From contig CAWELD010000010.1 of NCBI GenBank assembly GCA_963809895.1, positions 224,001 to 288,000 on the forward strand: DNA of 64,000 nt, read 5' to 3'. This DNA is from an uncultured Gemmatimonadales bacterium (lineage in GTDB: Bacteria > Gemmatimonadota > Gemmatimonadetes > Longimicrobiales > Gaopeijiaceae). Shown in pieces: positions 1 to 9,702 of this stretch (positions within the stretch are counted from its first letter, which is position 1; each line of letters opens with the position of its first letter). The notes under the pieces were generated by a model. It ran no database searches. It was not told where the DNA came from and worked only from the letters and a program-made list of their open reading frames with translations. The position numbers were made by a program, and so were the translations under genes.

Positions 1-1
1 C

Positions 2-331
2 AAGTACTTCGACGAGAAGTCCGATGAGGACGACCCGCGTTGGTGGCTCGTCGATATCGCCTTCGTCAGGAAGCTCGACCGGCCGGTCAGCCTCCACGAG
101 ATCAAGGATCGGTCCTCACTCTCGGACATGGTGCTCGTCAACAACTCGCGCCTCTCGGTGCAGCCGGTGAAGAAGAGCGAATACGACGAGGTGCTGAAGC
201 TCGCCGACGGTGTCCGAAGGCTGACCCACCGGCCTCACGCGGTAGCAGGCGCGGTGGTCGCGCTCAGGCGAGCTTCCGCTCCGCCAGCCACTCCTCGGGA
301 GGGCGGGTGCGGGTCAGCTCCCGGGGCTTGA
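2..331 (+). CDS. EVE domain protein (5' end outside window)
   Basis: Frame from base 2 reads KYFDEKSDEDDPRWWLVDIAFVRKLDRPVSLHEIK...LSDMVLVNNSRLSVQPV, a typical EVE/THYN1 C-terminal half. The tail overlaps the convergent gene. Confidence 0.8.
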   Translation, partial: KYFDEKSDEDDPRWWLVDIAFVRKLDRPVSLHEIKDRSSLSDMVLVNNSRLSVQPVKKSEYDEVLKLADGVRRLTHRPHAVAGAVVALRRASAPPATPREGGCGSAPGA

Positions 332-1343
332 GCCGGAACCAGCGGGCCACCAGCAGGATCTCGGCCGCCTCGTGGGCCGAGAGGCCTCGCGGGCCGGGGA
401 GCGGTTCCTCGTAGACGGCCCGGATGCGCTCGGCCGCCCGCTGACGCCCCGGGGCGTTCTTCGGGAGCGCCAGGGCCTCCCGCACCAGTCCGCGCTGGAT
501 GAGGTAGATGCGGTCCGCGCCGCGGAAGCCCGGCACCCGGTAGACGAAGGTGAGCCGGGCCACCTCACCCTGAAAGGCCGTGAGCTCCTCCTGGAAGCGC
601 CGCAGCCGCTCGAGGCGGTCCCGGAGCAGGGCGGCGTACTCGAAGTCCATGCGCGAGGCGGCGCCGGTCATCATCTCGAGGAGCCGATGGAGCGGGGCCT
701 TTCCGCGACCCTCCAGAAAACGCTGCGCCTGCTTCACGCGTGCCTGGTAGGCCGCCGCCTCGACCCGGCCGCAGCAGGGCGCCATGCAGGTGCCCAGGTC
801 TGCCCGCAGGCAGCGCGGCGCCCGGGGTCCCCCGAATATCTCGAGCTGATCACCGAAGTGGATCGGGGTGGAGCCCGGACAATCCCTCAGTCCCAGCACC
901 TGTCCCAGGTCGCGGATCGTGTGTGCCACCCGACCCACCTTGGGAAAGGGCCCGTAGTACACGGCGCCGTCGTCGGCCACCCGGGTCACGGGCAGCACCC
1001 TGGGTGCGGGCTCGCGGGTGACCTTCACGAAGGCGTACGCGCGCTTTCGCTTGTGCTGCACGTTGTACCGCGGACGATGCCGCTGGATGAGCCTCATCTC
1101 CCGGACCAGAGCACCGAACTCGTCGGGGACGTAGTCCCAGTCGATGCGCCGTGCTTCGCGAATCAACTCGCCGGGCTTCTCCCCCTTCGGCGACCTGAAG
1201 TAGGAGAGCAGGCGCGTGCGCACGCGGATGGACTTCCCCACGTACAGCAGCCCGTCGTCGGGGCCGTACATGCGATACACGCCGGGACGGTTCTCGGCGT
1301 GGGCGCGGACGTACTCTCGTAGCGAGGGTCTGGGATGGCTCAC
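264..1343 (-). CDS. UvrC/Cho-like excinuclease (GIY-YIG + Cys-rich region + UVR domain; no RNase H-like or HhH C-terminal half)
   Basis: PGVYRM...LLYVGKS..VRTRLLSYF, E..LI....PRYN, Cys cluster (RDC...RCL...CMAPCCG) and UVR motif MDFEYAALLRD. Only 359 aa. Confidence 0.85.
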   Translation of the reverse strand: MSHPRPSLREYVRAHAENRPGVYRMYGPDDGLLYVGKSIRVRTRLLSYFRSPKGEKPGELIREARRIDWDYVPDEFGALVREMRLIQRHRPRYNVQHKRKRAYAFVKVTREPAPRVLPVTRVADDGAVYYGPFPKVGRVAHTIRDLGQVLGLRDCPGSTPIHFGDQLEIFGGPRAPRCLRADLGTCMAPCCGRVEAAAYQARVKQAQRFLEGRGKAPLHRLLEMMTGAASRMDFEYAALLRDRLERLRRFQEELTAFQGEVARLTFVYRVPGFRGADRIYLIQRGLVREALALPKNAPGRQRAAERIRAVYEEPLPGPRGLSAHEAAEILLVARWFRLKPRELTRTRPPEEWLAERKLA

Positions 1344-1459
1344 GGGACGGCGGGTTGTTTCGCATTATCTTCGGTTTGCGAAGATAGGCCGCGACGCGAC
1401 GCGACGCTACGGTCCCGAACCGCCATTGATCGTGCCCGGCACCTGGGGTAGAGTCCGTC

Positions 1460-2758
1460 ATGAGCCACGAGCCACGCGTTGTTCGCGACCCCCTCTGGAA
1501 CACGATCCAGCTGGACCCCACCGCCGTGCGCATCGTCGACACGGCATCGTTCCAGCGGCTCCGCTACATCCGACAGCTCGGGTTCGCTCATCTGGTCTAT
1601 CCGGGCGCGACGCACACGCGTTTCGACCACGCCCTGGGCGTCTACCACCTCACCACCACGGCGCTGCGGTTGCTCCGTGAGCGGGGAGGCGTGGCGCCCG
1701 AGGTCTGGGAGGGGGAGGAGCTGGTGCCGTACGCCGCACTCCTGCACGACATCGGGCACTACGCCTACTCCCACGCCCTGGAAGAGCTCGAGCAGGATCG
1801 GATTCCCGCCGACCACGAGGAGGTGAGCCGGCGCTTCTTCGAAACCACCGAGCTGCGCGACGCTCTGGCTCCGTTGGGTCTCGGCGCGGCCGAACGTCTG
1901 CACGCGCTCATCCGGGGGCAGAGCGGGTTGCCCCTGGGAGGACTGGTCAGCGGAAGCCTGGACCTGGACAAGATGGAATACCTGCGGCGGGACGCCCGCT
2001 TCTGCGGCGTGCCCTACGGCGAGGTGGACGTGGACCGTCTGCTGCAGGGACTGGCGGTGCTGCAGGATCCCGACACGGGTCGCTGGGAGCTCGGGGTCCA
2101 CGAGAAGGCGGTGGCCGCCCTCGAGTCGCTCCTGTTCGCCAAGTACCAGATGTTCAGGAACGTCTACTGGCATCACGCGGTGCGAAGCGCGACGGTGCTC
2201 TACAAGCGGGTGGTGGAGGACGCGGTGCGAGGGGGCCTGCTCGATCCCGAAGAGCTCATCGGCCCCACGGATCAGGAGTTGCTCTACGAGGTGGGACGCC
2301 GAGCCGTCGAGGACGACGGCGACATCGCGGCGCGACTGGCGTCGCGGTGGATCCCCGCCCTGCGCCATCGTCGCCTTCCCAAGCGGGCGCTGGAGATGAG
2401 CGCGTCGGACCTGGAAGGCCGGCGCGTGGAGGACTGGGCGGTGGGCGATTCGCCGTGGAAGCGAGCGGTGGAGGACGAGCTCGCGGCCGAGGTGGGCCTC
2501 GAGCCGGGCGAAGTGATGATCGACTTTCCGGCGAAGCGCGCCATGTTCCAGCTCGACCTGCTCATCCGGCGGCGGGACGGCCGCGTGGAGCGTCTGGGGC
2601 CCGGCGGACTGCCGGGCGTCCTGGACCTGCCCCGCGTCGCCCAGCAGCTGCACCAGAGTGCGCGCGCGCTGCGCGTCTTCACCTTCGAGCGTCGCACCAT
2701 CGACCCCGACCGGATCCTCTCGAAGATCACGCAGCCGGTCAGCGACGCCGGCGACTGA
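1460..2758 (+). CDS. HD-domain phosphohydrolase, SAMHD1/YwfO-like putative dNTP triphosphohydrolase
   Basis: FQRLRYIRQLG...VYPGATHTRFDHALG, ALLHDIGH..YSH, DLDKMEYLRRD, VYWHHAVR. Confidence 0.88.
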   Translation: MSHEPRVVRDPLWNTIQLDPTAVRIVDTASFQRLRYIRQLGFAHLVYPGATHTRFDHALGVYHLTTTALRLLRERGGVAPEVWEGEELVPYAALLHDIGHYAYSHALEELEQDRIPADHEEVSRRFFETTELRDALAPLGLGAAERLHALIRGQSGLPLGGLVSGSLDLDKMEYLRRDARFCGVPYGEVDVDRLLQGLAVLQDPDTGRWELGVHEKAVAALESLLFAKYQMFRNVYWHHAVRSATVLYKRVVEDAVRGGLLDPEELIGPTDQELLYEVGRRAVEDDGDIAARLASRWIPALRHRRLPKRALEMSASDLEGRRVEDWAVGDSPWKRAVEDELAAEVGLEPGEVMIDFPAKRAMFQLDLLIRRRDGRVERLGPGGLPGVLDLPRVAQQLHQSARALRVFTFERRTIDPDRILSKITQPVSDAGD

Positions 2759-2759
2759 A

Positions 2760-3548
2760 TCAGCCCGGGCCGGCCGGCTCCTGGGCTCGGCCGGCACCGG
2801 GTGCGCCGGCCGCCACCAGCACCACCGTGACGTTGTCCGTGCCGCCGCCCTCGTTGGCTGCCTGCACCAGCGAGGTGGCGACCTTCTCCGGTGAGTCGGG
2901 GGACGCCATCAGGATCTCGCGGATCGTGTCGTCGGTGAGATGCGTGGTCAGGCCGTCGGTACAGAGCAGGTAGAGATCGCCGACGTCCGTCTGCTCATGC
3001 CGGAGCTGCGGCTCCGGGAGGTCTTCCGAGCCCCCCACGACGCGGGTGAGGACGTGCGCCATGGGGTGTACCCGCGCCACGCCCGGCCGAAGGTTGCCGG
3101 CGTCCACCTGTTCCTGGACCCAGGTGTGGTCCCGACTGAGACGGGTCAGCGAGCCCTCCCGCAGCCTGTAGGCCCGGGAGTCTCCGACGTGGACCAGCGT
3201 GGCGACGCCCGTGTCGGGGCTCACGTGCAGCGCGGTGAGCGTAGTGCCCATCCCGCGACGCGCGGGGTGGAGATGGCCCTCTTCCATCAAGCGTCGGTGG
3301 GCCGATTCGACCCCTTCGAGCATTCTCTCGCCCCATGCTCCATTCGAACTTGGAGGGGAGTGGCCGAGCACCTCGCGGACGAAGGTCTCGACCGCCAGGG
3401 CGCTGGCTTCGGCTCCGGCAGGGTGTCCACCCATGCCGTCGGCCACCACGGCCAGTCCGGCATCGCTTCGAATGCGGAACGCGTCTTCGTTGCGGGGGCG
3501 GACCTGCCCCTGATCGGAGCGTCCGATGATGGTGAGGTCGAGGGCCAT
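2760..3548 (-). CDS. PP2C-family Ser/Thr protein phosphatase
   Basis: RPRNEDA, VADGMGGH, GMGTT, HVGDSRAY, LLCTDGL, GGTDNVT. ATG at 3548. Confidence 0.92.
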   Translation of the reverse strand: MALDLTIIGRSDQGQVRPRNEDAFRIRSDAGLAVVADGMGGHPAGAEASALAVETFVREVLGHSPPSSNGAWGERMLEGVESAHRRLMEEGHLHPARRGMGTTLTALHVSPDTGVATLVHVGDSRAYRLREGSLTRLSRDHTWVQEQVDAGNLRPGVARVHPMAHVLTRVVGGSEDLPEPQLRHEQTDVGDLYLLCTDGLTTHLTDDTIREILMASPDSPEKVATSLVQAANEGGGTDNVTVVLVAAGAPGAGRAQEPAGPG

Positions 3549-3751
3549 GGATCGGGGAGGGAAGTGAAACAAAGAAGGTAGTCTCTGAGGGCTTCCGGAA
3601 CCAGCCTGGAACCCCTCGGGCGGGGTGGGTTAGGAGGCCGTGGACGACGCGTTCGGAGGTGGTTCCGGGCGACCGCATCGCGGTTCCTCCTCGCCCGGGT
3701 CACGGGTCAGGAACAATGCAACCCTCCGGGGTTTAGCAACGTCCAACACTA

Positions 3752-3780
3752 TTGACACATGAGATCCTGTGGCCCATCTT
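3752..3780 (+). promoter_or_regulatory. Putative sigma-70 promoter of the sigma factor gene
   Basis: Perfect TTGACA (3752-3757), 17-nt spacer, CATCTT (3775-3780). Confidence 0.55.
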
Positions 3781-3878
3781 CCAGGGCTCTGGATTTTCCG
3801 AGCAAGGCTCAGGCGTGCTCGCGCGCGCCCAACGAGGCTCAAAAAAACCGGAAGCTCTGGTTCAAGGAGATAGATGCG

Positions 3879-4784
3879 ATGGCCGCTACCGCCACCAAGA
3901 CCCGCCGGAAGCGTAAGGGTCGCGGCAACCCGCTTACCGGCTTCGATGCGAGCATCGAGGAGCAGACCGCCCTCGACCAGTACCTACGCGACGTAAGCCG
4001 TCACGAGCTCATCACTCCCGAGAAGGAGAAGGAGCTGGGCGCCCTCGCGCAGGCTGGCGACGAGGATGCGGTGCAGGAGCTGGCTCGCGCCAATCTGCGC
4101 TTCGTCATCAGCGTGGCCAAGAAGTACCAGAACCGCGGCGTCTCCCTCACGGATCTCATCCAGGAGGGCAACGTCGGGCTGGTCACGGCTGCGCGGAAGT
4201 TCGATCCCGAGCAGGGCGTGAAGTTCATCTCCTATGCGGTCTGGTGGATCCGTCAGGCTATCCTCGCCTCGCTGGCCAACCATGGCCGGTCGGTGCGTGT
4301 GCCGCTCAACCGGGCCAGCGACCTCGCGCGCATCTTTCGCGAGAAGGAGCGCCTCAAGCAGGAGCTGGGGCGCGAGCCTTCCTCCGAGGAGCTGGCGGCC
4401 GCCACGGATCTGACTCCGGAGCTGGTGGAGTCGCTGCAGACCCTGAACGCGGCGGAGATCCGACTGGACGCCCCCATCGGTGACAGCGAGGACTCCCAGC
4501 TCGTGGAGCGCTTCATCACCGAGGAGGCGGCGGAGCCCGAGATCGAGGTGGAGAGCCGCCTGCTCACCGAGGCCGTCACCGAGGCGCTGTCGACGCTGGA
4601 CGCCCGGGACGCCAAGGTGCTGCGTCTCTACTTCGGCCTCGAGGGCGAGCGTGAGCACACCCTCGAGGAGATCGGCAACATGCTGGGCGTGACGCGCGAG
4701 CGGATCCGCCAGCTGCGCGACCGTGCGCTGCGTCGGCTGCGTGAGGGTGGAAAGGGCGCGGCGCTGGAGTCCTTCGCCGCGTGA
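3879..4784 (+). CDS. RNA polymerase sigma-70 factor, short RpoD/SigA-like (regions 1.2-4, no region 1.1)
   Basis: ANLRFVISVAKKY, DLIQEGNVGL, KFISYAVWWIRQAI, TLEEIG..LGVTRERIRQ. SD AAGGAG at 3864-3869. Confidence 0.93.
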   Translation: MAATATKTRRKRKGRGNPLTGFDASIEEQTALDQYLRDVSRHELITPEKEKELGALAQAGDEDAVQELARANLRFVISVAKKYQNRGVSLTDLIQEGNVGLVTAARKFDPEQGVKFISYAVWWIRQAILASLANHGRSVRVPLNRASDLARIFREKERLKQELGREPSSEELAAATDLTPELVESLQTLNAAEIRLDAPIGDSEDSQLVERFITEEAAEPEIEVESRLLTEAVTEALSTLDARDAKVLRLYFGLEGEREHTLEEIGNMLGVTRERIRQLRDRALRRLREGGKGAALESFAA

Positions 4785-4854
4785 TCCCGGGAGCCTGGGC
4801 GCAGGTGTTGTCCAGGCCGGGTTCCTGATCGTGCCGGGCGCACGAGTCGATCTC

Positions 4855-4897
4855 GACGCCCCCCGGACGTTTCGACGTCCGGGGGGCGTTCGTTTTC
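4855..4897 (+). terminator. Intrinsic terminator
   Basis: GACGCCCCCCGGACGT-TTCG-ACGTCCGGGGGGCGTT followed by CGTTTT. Confidence 0.8.
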
Positions 4898-4922
4898 GCG
4901 CTGGGCAGGTCCGCCGTTGTTG

Positions 4923-5825
4923 ATGGGTGTCGTCTACGGGTCCGGCGGGGGCGTGTATCGGGTGGCCCTGGACGACGGGCGGGTGGTGGATGCCTCGCTG
5001 CGCGGACGCGTGAAGCGCGAAGTGCGCCTGGGCGATCGTGTGGTGGTCGGGGACCGCGTGCAGGTGGAGAAATCCGCCGAGGGGGCGTGGACCATCGAGG
5101 CCGTGGAGCCCCGCCGGACCCGCATCGTCCGCCGTAGCGGCCCGGGTGGACGTCCCAAGGTCGTGGCGGCCAACGTCGATCGCCTCCTGGTCGTGGTGGC
5201 GGCCGACTCCGACCCGCCCCGACAGATGGTGGACCGCCTGCTGGTTCTGGCCGAGTCCGACGATCTGGACGCGATCGTCGTGGTCAACAAGATGGACGTG
5301 GGCGACGCCGCCTCGCGCGCCGCGCCCTTCCTGGAGACCTATCCGCCGCTGGGATATCCGGTGGTGCCGGTGAGCGCGCGCACCGGCGAGGGGATGGAGG
5401 CCCTGCGTCGCTACCTGTGCCAGGGTACGGTGGCCCTCGTGGGGCCGTCCGGCGCCGGCAAGTCGAGTCTGCTCAACGCCGTGCAACCGGGGCTCGCCCT
5501 CCGCACGGGCGAGGTTTCGCGCAGGACCGCCCGTGGCCGGCACACCACCGTATCGGCCCGCCTGATTCCGTTGGCGTGCGGCGGGCTGGTCGCCGACACG
5601 CCCGGGTTCGCCGAGGTGGGGCTCTGGGGCATCGCGCCCGAAGATCTGGACCACTGTTTTCCAGAGCTTCGCGGGTTGCGTGACGAGTGCCGGTTCCGGG
5701 GATGCGCGCACCTGAGCGAACCGGACTGCGCCGTGAGCGCGGCGCTGGCCGAGGGCAGCGTGGACCGCCGCCGCCTGGAAAGTTACCGGCTGTTCCGGGA
5801 CGAGCTGGAGCAGGCCGAGCGCTGA
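4923..5825 (+). CDS. rsgA: Small ribosomal subunit biogenesis GTPase RsgA
   Basis: OB-fold N-terminus (VVGDRV), circularly permuted NKMD / GPSGAGKSS / GRHTT / DTPG, zinc finger CRFRGCAH..EPDCAV. Confidence 0.95.
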   Translation: MGVVYGSGGGVYRVALDDGRVVDASLRGRVKREVRLGDRVVVGDRVQVEKSAEGAWTIEAVEPRRTRIVRRSGPGGRPKVVAANVDRLLVVVAADSDPPRQMVDRLLVLAESDDLDAIVVVNKMDVGDAASRAAPFLETYPPLGYPVVPVSARTGEGMEALRRYLCQGTVALVGPSGAGKSSLLNAVQPGLALRTGEVSRRTARGRHTTVSARLIPLACGGLVADTPGFAEVGLWGIAPEDLDHCFPELRGLRDECRFRGCAHLSEPDCAVSAALAEGSVDRRRLESYRLFRDELEQAER

Positions 5826-5831
5826 CGGCCT

Positions 5832-6635
5832 TCAGGCGCGCGGGTGGTCCGCCGCCTCGCTGCGCAGGGGGGTCACGCTGGGGGTGCCGCTCGCGGGATC
5901 GATCGAGACGGACACCGGCCAACGGTACACCGAGGCGAGTACCTCTTCGGTGAAGACCTGCTCGGGAGTTCCCTCGGCCGCCACCCTGCCGTGGTCCAGG
6001 AGGAGGAGGCGGTCCGAGAAGCGCGCGGCGAGATCCAGGTGATGCGTGACGAGCAGCACGGTCATGCCTTCGTCGGCCGAGCGCCGCAGGAGCTCCAGGA
6101 TCGTCATCTCGTGCCGGATATCCAGCGAAGCCGTGGGCTCGTCCAGGACCAATGCCCGGGGCTCCTGCGCCAGCGCCCGGGCAATCCTCACGCGTTGCAG
6201 CTCGCCGCCGGAGAGCGTGCGGACGTTCCGCCCCGCCAGGGGGGTCACGTCGCAGCGGTCCAGCGCGGCGGTGATGGCGGCCCGATCGCGGGGGGCCTCG
6301 CCGCCCAGCGCTCGCTGATAGGGATAGCGGCCCATGGCCACCAGCTCTCGGGCGGTCATGGGAAAGGGCATGGGCTCCGACTGGGCCACGGCGCCCACCT
6401 CCCGCGCCAGCTCCCGACGCGGCCACTCCGCGACGGGTCGATCCCCGATCAGGGCCTCGCCACCCACGGGAGCCAGGAGTCCGAGAAGGGTCCGCACGAG
6501 CGTGGACTTTCCCGATCCGTTGGGCCCGAGCACGGTGTAGAGGCAGCCGGCGGGCACCCGCATGCTCACCCGATCCAGCGCCGCCGTCGCGGAGCCGGGA
6601 TAGTGCACGATCAGGTCGCGGGCCTCGAAATTCAC
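5832..6635 (-). CDS. ABC transporter ATPase, cobalamin/iron-siderophore/heme family
   Basis: GPNGSGKST, LSGGELQR, LVLDEPT, VTHHL. GTG start overlaps the permease stop (GTGA). Confidence 0.92.
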   Translation of the reverse strand: MNFEARDLIVHYPGSATAALDRVSMRVPAGCLYTVLGPNGSGKSTLVRTLLGLLAPVGGEALIGDRPVAEWPRRELAREVGAVAQSEPMPFPMTARELVAMGRYPYQRALGGEAPRDRAAITAALDRCDVTPLAGRNVRTLSGGELQRVRIARALAQEPRALVLDEPTASLDIRHEMTILELLRRSADEGMTVLLVTHHLDLAARFSDRLLLLDHGRVAAEGTPEQVFTEEVLASVYRWPVSVSIDPASGTPSVTPLRSEAADHPRA

Positions 6636-7618
6636 GCCATGCTCCTGCGCAGCAGGACCAGGAAGACCGGTACGCCCACGAAGGCGGTCACGACCCCGAT
6701 GGGGATCTCGGTGGGAGGCAGGAGCGTGCGTGCGACGATGTCGGCCAACGTGAGGAAGGCCGCGCCGGTGAGGAAGGAGAGCGGGAGCAGCGCGCGGTGG
6801 TCGGAGCCCACCACCAGACGGAGGCCGTGGGGCACGATCAGCCCCACGAAGCCGATCACGCCCGCCACGGCCACACCGGCGGCGGTGATGAGCGATGCCA
6901 CCACGAAGGCCACGCGCTTCACACGCTCCACGTCCGTGCCCAGGTAGAGGGCGGTCTCCTCGCCCACCGACAGGAGGTTGAGGGCGCGCCCGAGCCCCAT
7001 GAGCACCGCCGCGGCGGGCAGCGTGTACGCGGCTGCCACGATCACGTCTCGCATGTCCGCGCCGGCGACGCTGCCCATCATCCAGAGGACGGCGCTGCGG
7101 ATGGTCGCGGCATCGGAGAGCGAGAGGATGAGCGCGATGACGGCGGCGAAGAAGGCGCCCACCACCACGCCCGCCAGGAGCAGGACCCGAACGTCCAGGC
7201 TCCGGTCCGCCGAGCGCGCCACCTGAAAGACCAGGAGGATGGCGAGGAGCGCACCGAGGAACGCAGCGACGGGCAAGGCCCCGGAGCCCATGGTGGTGAG
7301 CCCCAGCGCCAGCGCCAGGACCGCCCCAACCGCCGCGCCTCCCGAGATCCCCAGGATGTAGGGCTCGGCCAGGGGGTTCCGCAGCAGCGCCTGGAAGGTC
7401 GCGCCGGCCAGCGCCAATCCCCCGCCCACCAGCCACGCCAGCAGGGTCCGTGGAAGCCGGAAGCGAAGCACGATGTCGCGTGTGGCATCGTCTCCGCGGC
7501 CCCGCAAAGCGCCCCATACCTCCGTCGGCGACAGCGGGACAGGGCCCACCAGGACGGCCAGACCCACCGCGACCAGGGTGCACACCGCCAGGAGCACCGC
7601 GGCTCGCCGCCGTGTCAC
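6632..7618 (-). CDS. FecCD/BtuC-family ABC permease
   Basis: RLPR, FQALLRNPLAEPYILGISGGA, IGFVGLIVPH, EIPIGVVTA. Confidence 0.93.
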   Translation of the reverse strand: MTRRRAAVLLAVCTLVAVGLAVLVGPVPLSPTEVWGALRGRGDDATRDIVLRFRLPRTLLAWLVGGGLALAGATFQALLRNPLAEPYILGISGGAAVGAVLALALGLTTMGSGALPVAAFLGALLAILLVFQVARSADRSLDVRVLLLAGVVVGAFFAAVIALILSLSDAATIRSAVLWMMGSVAGADMRDVIVAAAYTLPAAAVLMGLGRALNLLSVGEETALYLGTDVERVKRVAFVVASLITAAGVAVAGVIGFVGLIVPHGLRLVVGSDHRALLPLSFLTGAAFLTLADIVARTLLPPTEIPIGVVTAFVGVPVFLVLLRRSMA

Positions 7619-8475
7619 CTCGAGATCCCCGGATGCAGCGCCCTGGCCACCGCCCACGCGGCCTCTGCCAGGTCCGGCCCCGGCTGTTCCACGGCGGCGG
7701 GGAGGACGCCGACGCGCGCGTCGCCCACCAGGGAGGCCGGGGGCGTGGTTCCGGGACCCACCAGGACGACCTCCACGTCTCGTACGCGGAGCACCTCCGG
7801 ACTCACGGGCCCGTACAGGCGGTCCAGGTCGGAGAAGACGTTGACGCCACCGCCGATGCGGATGAGCTGATCCACGAAGGTGCCCGGGCCCGCGACCCAC
7901 GGAGGCTCGCCTCCCAGCAGAAAGGCCGCGCGTACCGGTGGGAGCGCGGCCGCGGCTCGTCGGATGCGGTCGAGCTGGCCGTCCATGTCCGCCACCAGCG
8001 AGTCCGCCGCGGCGCGCCGATCGAGGACCTCACCCATCTGCCGGATGATGGCCCGCACGTCGTCGACGCCGTCGGGACGCACCGCGATCTGGGCGATGTC
8101 CAGCTCCCTCAGCCGCGCCGGGGTGTCGGTGTCCGAGGCGCCTCCGAAGCGGATGACCAGGTCGGGGTGCAGCGAGACCAGGACCTCCATGCTCGGATGC
8201 AGCCCCCCGCCCACGCTCGGCAACGACGCCAGTGACGGGATCGTATCGAAGTCGGTGCGGCCCACGAGGCGATCCCGGGCACCGAGGGCGACGATGATCC
8301 GGCTCACCGAGGGCACCAGCGAGATCACGCGCCGGGGCGTCGGCGCTTCGCCGTCGGCGGCGGGATGGCCCGCGGTGGCTCGCCCGGCGGAGCCTGCCGC
8401 CTGTCCCTGGGGTGCCTCGTGATCGCAGGCCGCCAGTCCCGGGATCAGGAGGATCGCCAGCAGGAGCCGGCGCAC
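7615..8475 (-). CDS. BtuF-like helical-backbone substrate-binding lipoprotein
   Basis: Lipobox LAAC, RVISLVPS, LVGRTDFD, PSMEVLVSLHPDLV, GGVNVF, QPGP. Confidence 0.85.
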   Translation of the reverse strand: MRRLLLAILLIPGLAACDHEAPQGQAAGSAGRATAGHPAADGEAPTPRRVISLVPSVSRIIVALGARDRLVGRTDFDTIPSLASLPSVGGGLHPSMEVLVSLHPDLVIRFGGASDTDTPARLRELDIAQIAVRPDGVDDVRAIIRQMGEVLDRRAAADSLVADMDGQLDRIRRAAAALPPVRAAFLLGGEPPWVAGPGTFVDQLIRIGGGVNVFSDLDRLYGPVSPEVLRVRDVEVVLVGPGTTPPASLVGDARVGVLPAAVEQPGPDLAEAAWAVARALHPGISR

Positions 8476-8518
8476 GGGCGGGCTGCGGACGGGACCACCC
8501 CCGGGATGGCCCACCGCG

Positions 8519-9538
8519 TCAGCGGTCGGCGGCGGGATTGGTCCGTTGCGTGCAGGGCTCCTCGAAGACCCGCTCCCAACGGTCCCCATCGCGGCGGTCC
8601 AGTGCGGCCACCCAGCGCGTGTCCTCGCCCAGAACCTCCAGCAGGATCTCGTTCTGACCGTCGCCGTCCCAGTCGGCCGCGCCGAACCAGCGTGCCGCCT
8701 TCTTGCCGCCCTCTCCTTCGACCTGGTACCAGTCATACGCCAGCTGGAAGCTCTCTCCGTGCGCGCTTCCGAGCACGAAGAGGCTGTACGCCACGGGTGT
8801 CGGCGACGGGGCCACCGCCAACTCGTCACGGAACATGAAGGTGGCGGCCACGCCGACCCCGGCGCTGTCCGGCGTGGGCACGACGTGCAGATCGGCTCGC
8901 GCCCGGCCCAGATCGTCGGGCCAGTAGGCGTCTTCTCGCATGATCACGCGGCTGGCCAGGTTCAGCGAGCCGCGTCGCGCCTCTTCGGTTTCACGGTCCG
9001 CGACGTAGCCCGCATGACCCGGGACGGCCCCGTCGGTGCGGCGCAGAGCCAGAAAGCGCGTGGCGCCGGAGGCCTGCAGGAGAAGCTCCGGTGTGCCGGA
9101 GACCGTGGGATGCACGGTGCAGGTCCCCGTCACCACGTCGGAGGTGTCGGCCACCAGGGTGCCGACGCGACTGCCACCGGCGAAGAGGAGGAACTCGGTC
9201 CCGGGCCGAAGACGGGTCGCCCGGAAGTGCTCCGCGAAGCCGGGCGCTTCGTCCTCGTTCGACAACGGGAGCAGCGTATCGCCGCGCAGCTCCGCTACCG
9301 GCCGCAGCGTGACGCGCGCGTCGGACCTGGTGCCCATGTACAGCACGGGGCCCGTGGGAAGCGGTGGCGGGGGCGGACCCTCCGGCGACTCGGCGGCGAG
9401 GCTGTCCACCTCGGGAGTCTCCACGGGAGGCGGAGGCTGGAGCCGCACTTCGGCGCCACCCCAATCCACGTTGTCGCAGCCCGCTGCCGTCACTATGATC
9501 ACGAGCGCCGCGAGCCGGCGAATCGCCTGTGATGCCAA
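8519..9538 (-). CDS. Hypothetical lipoprotein with C-terminal FG-GAP-like DxDGDG motif
   Basis: Signal and lipobox (AAGC-DNV), Pro-rich linker, ADWDGDGQNEILL. Confidence 0.65.
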   Translation of the reverse strand: MASQAIRRLAALVIIVTAAGCDNVDWGGAEVRLQPPPPVETPEVDSLAAESPEGPPPPPLPTGPVLYMGTRSDARVTLRPVAELRGDTLLPLSNEDEAPGFAEHFRATRLRPGTEFLLFAGGSRVGTLVADTSDVVTGTCTVHPTVSGTPELLLQASGATRFLALRRTDGAVPGHAGYVADRETEEARRGSLNLASRVIMREDAYWPDDLGRARADLHVVPTPDSAGVGVAATFMFRDELAVAPSPTPVAYSLFVLGSAHGESFQLAYDWYQVEGEGGKKAARWFGAADWDGDGQNEILLEVLGEDTRWVAALDRRDGDRWERVFEEPCTQRTNPAADR

Positions 9539-9702
9539 GGTTTCTCAGGGGTCGGAGGCGCACCCCCGGCACGGGGGCTCCCCGGTGGGCCCGGGGTCGG
9601 TCTCGAGGATCTGGAAGCTAGCCTTGGGCCGGGGACCGTGCAAAGCGGTGTCCCGCCATGGGCGGCATCGCTCCGGCGAGCTCTACCCGCACGAAGGATG
9701 CC

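Noticed and set aside
222..331. 68-nt convergent overlap of EVE with the UvrC-like gene (and 55 nt at 13284-13338)
   Set aside because: Low-complexity tails are common when stop codons are scarce at high GC, and no evidence of function or frameshift could be established.
9540..9700. Possible cobalamin riboswitch ahead of the Btu-like operon
   Set aside because: No B12-box or conserved GGGAA core is recognisable, and the space is short.
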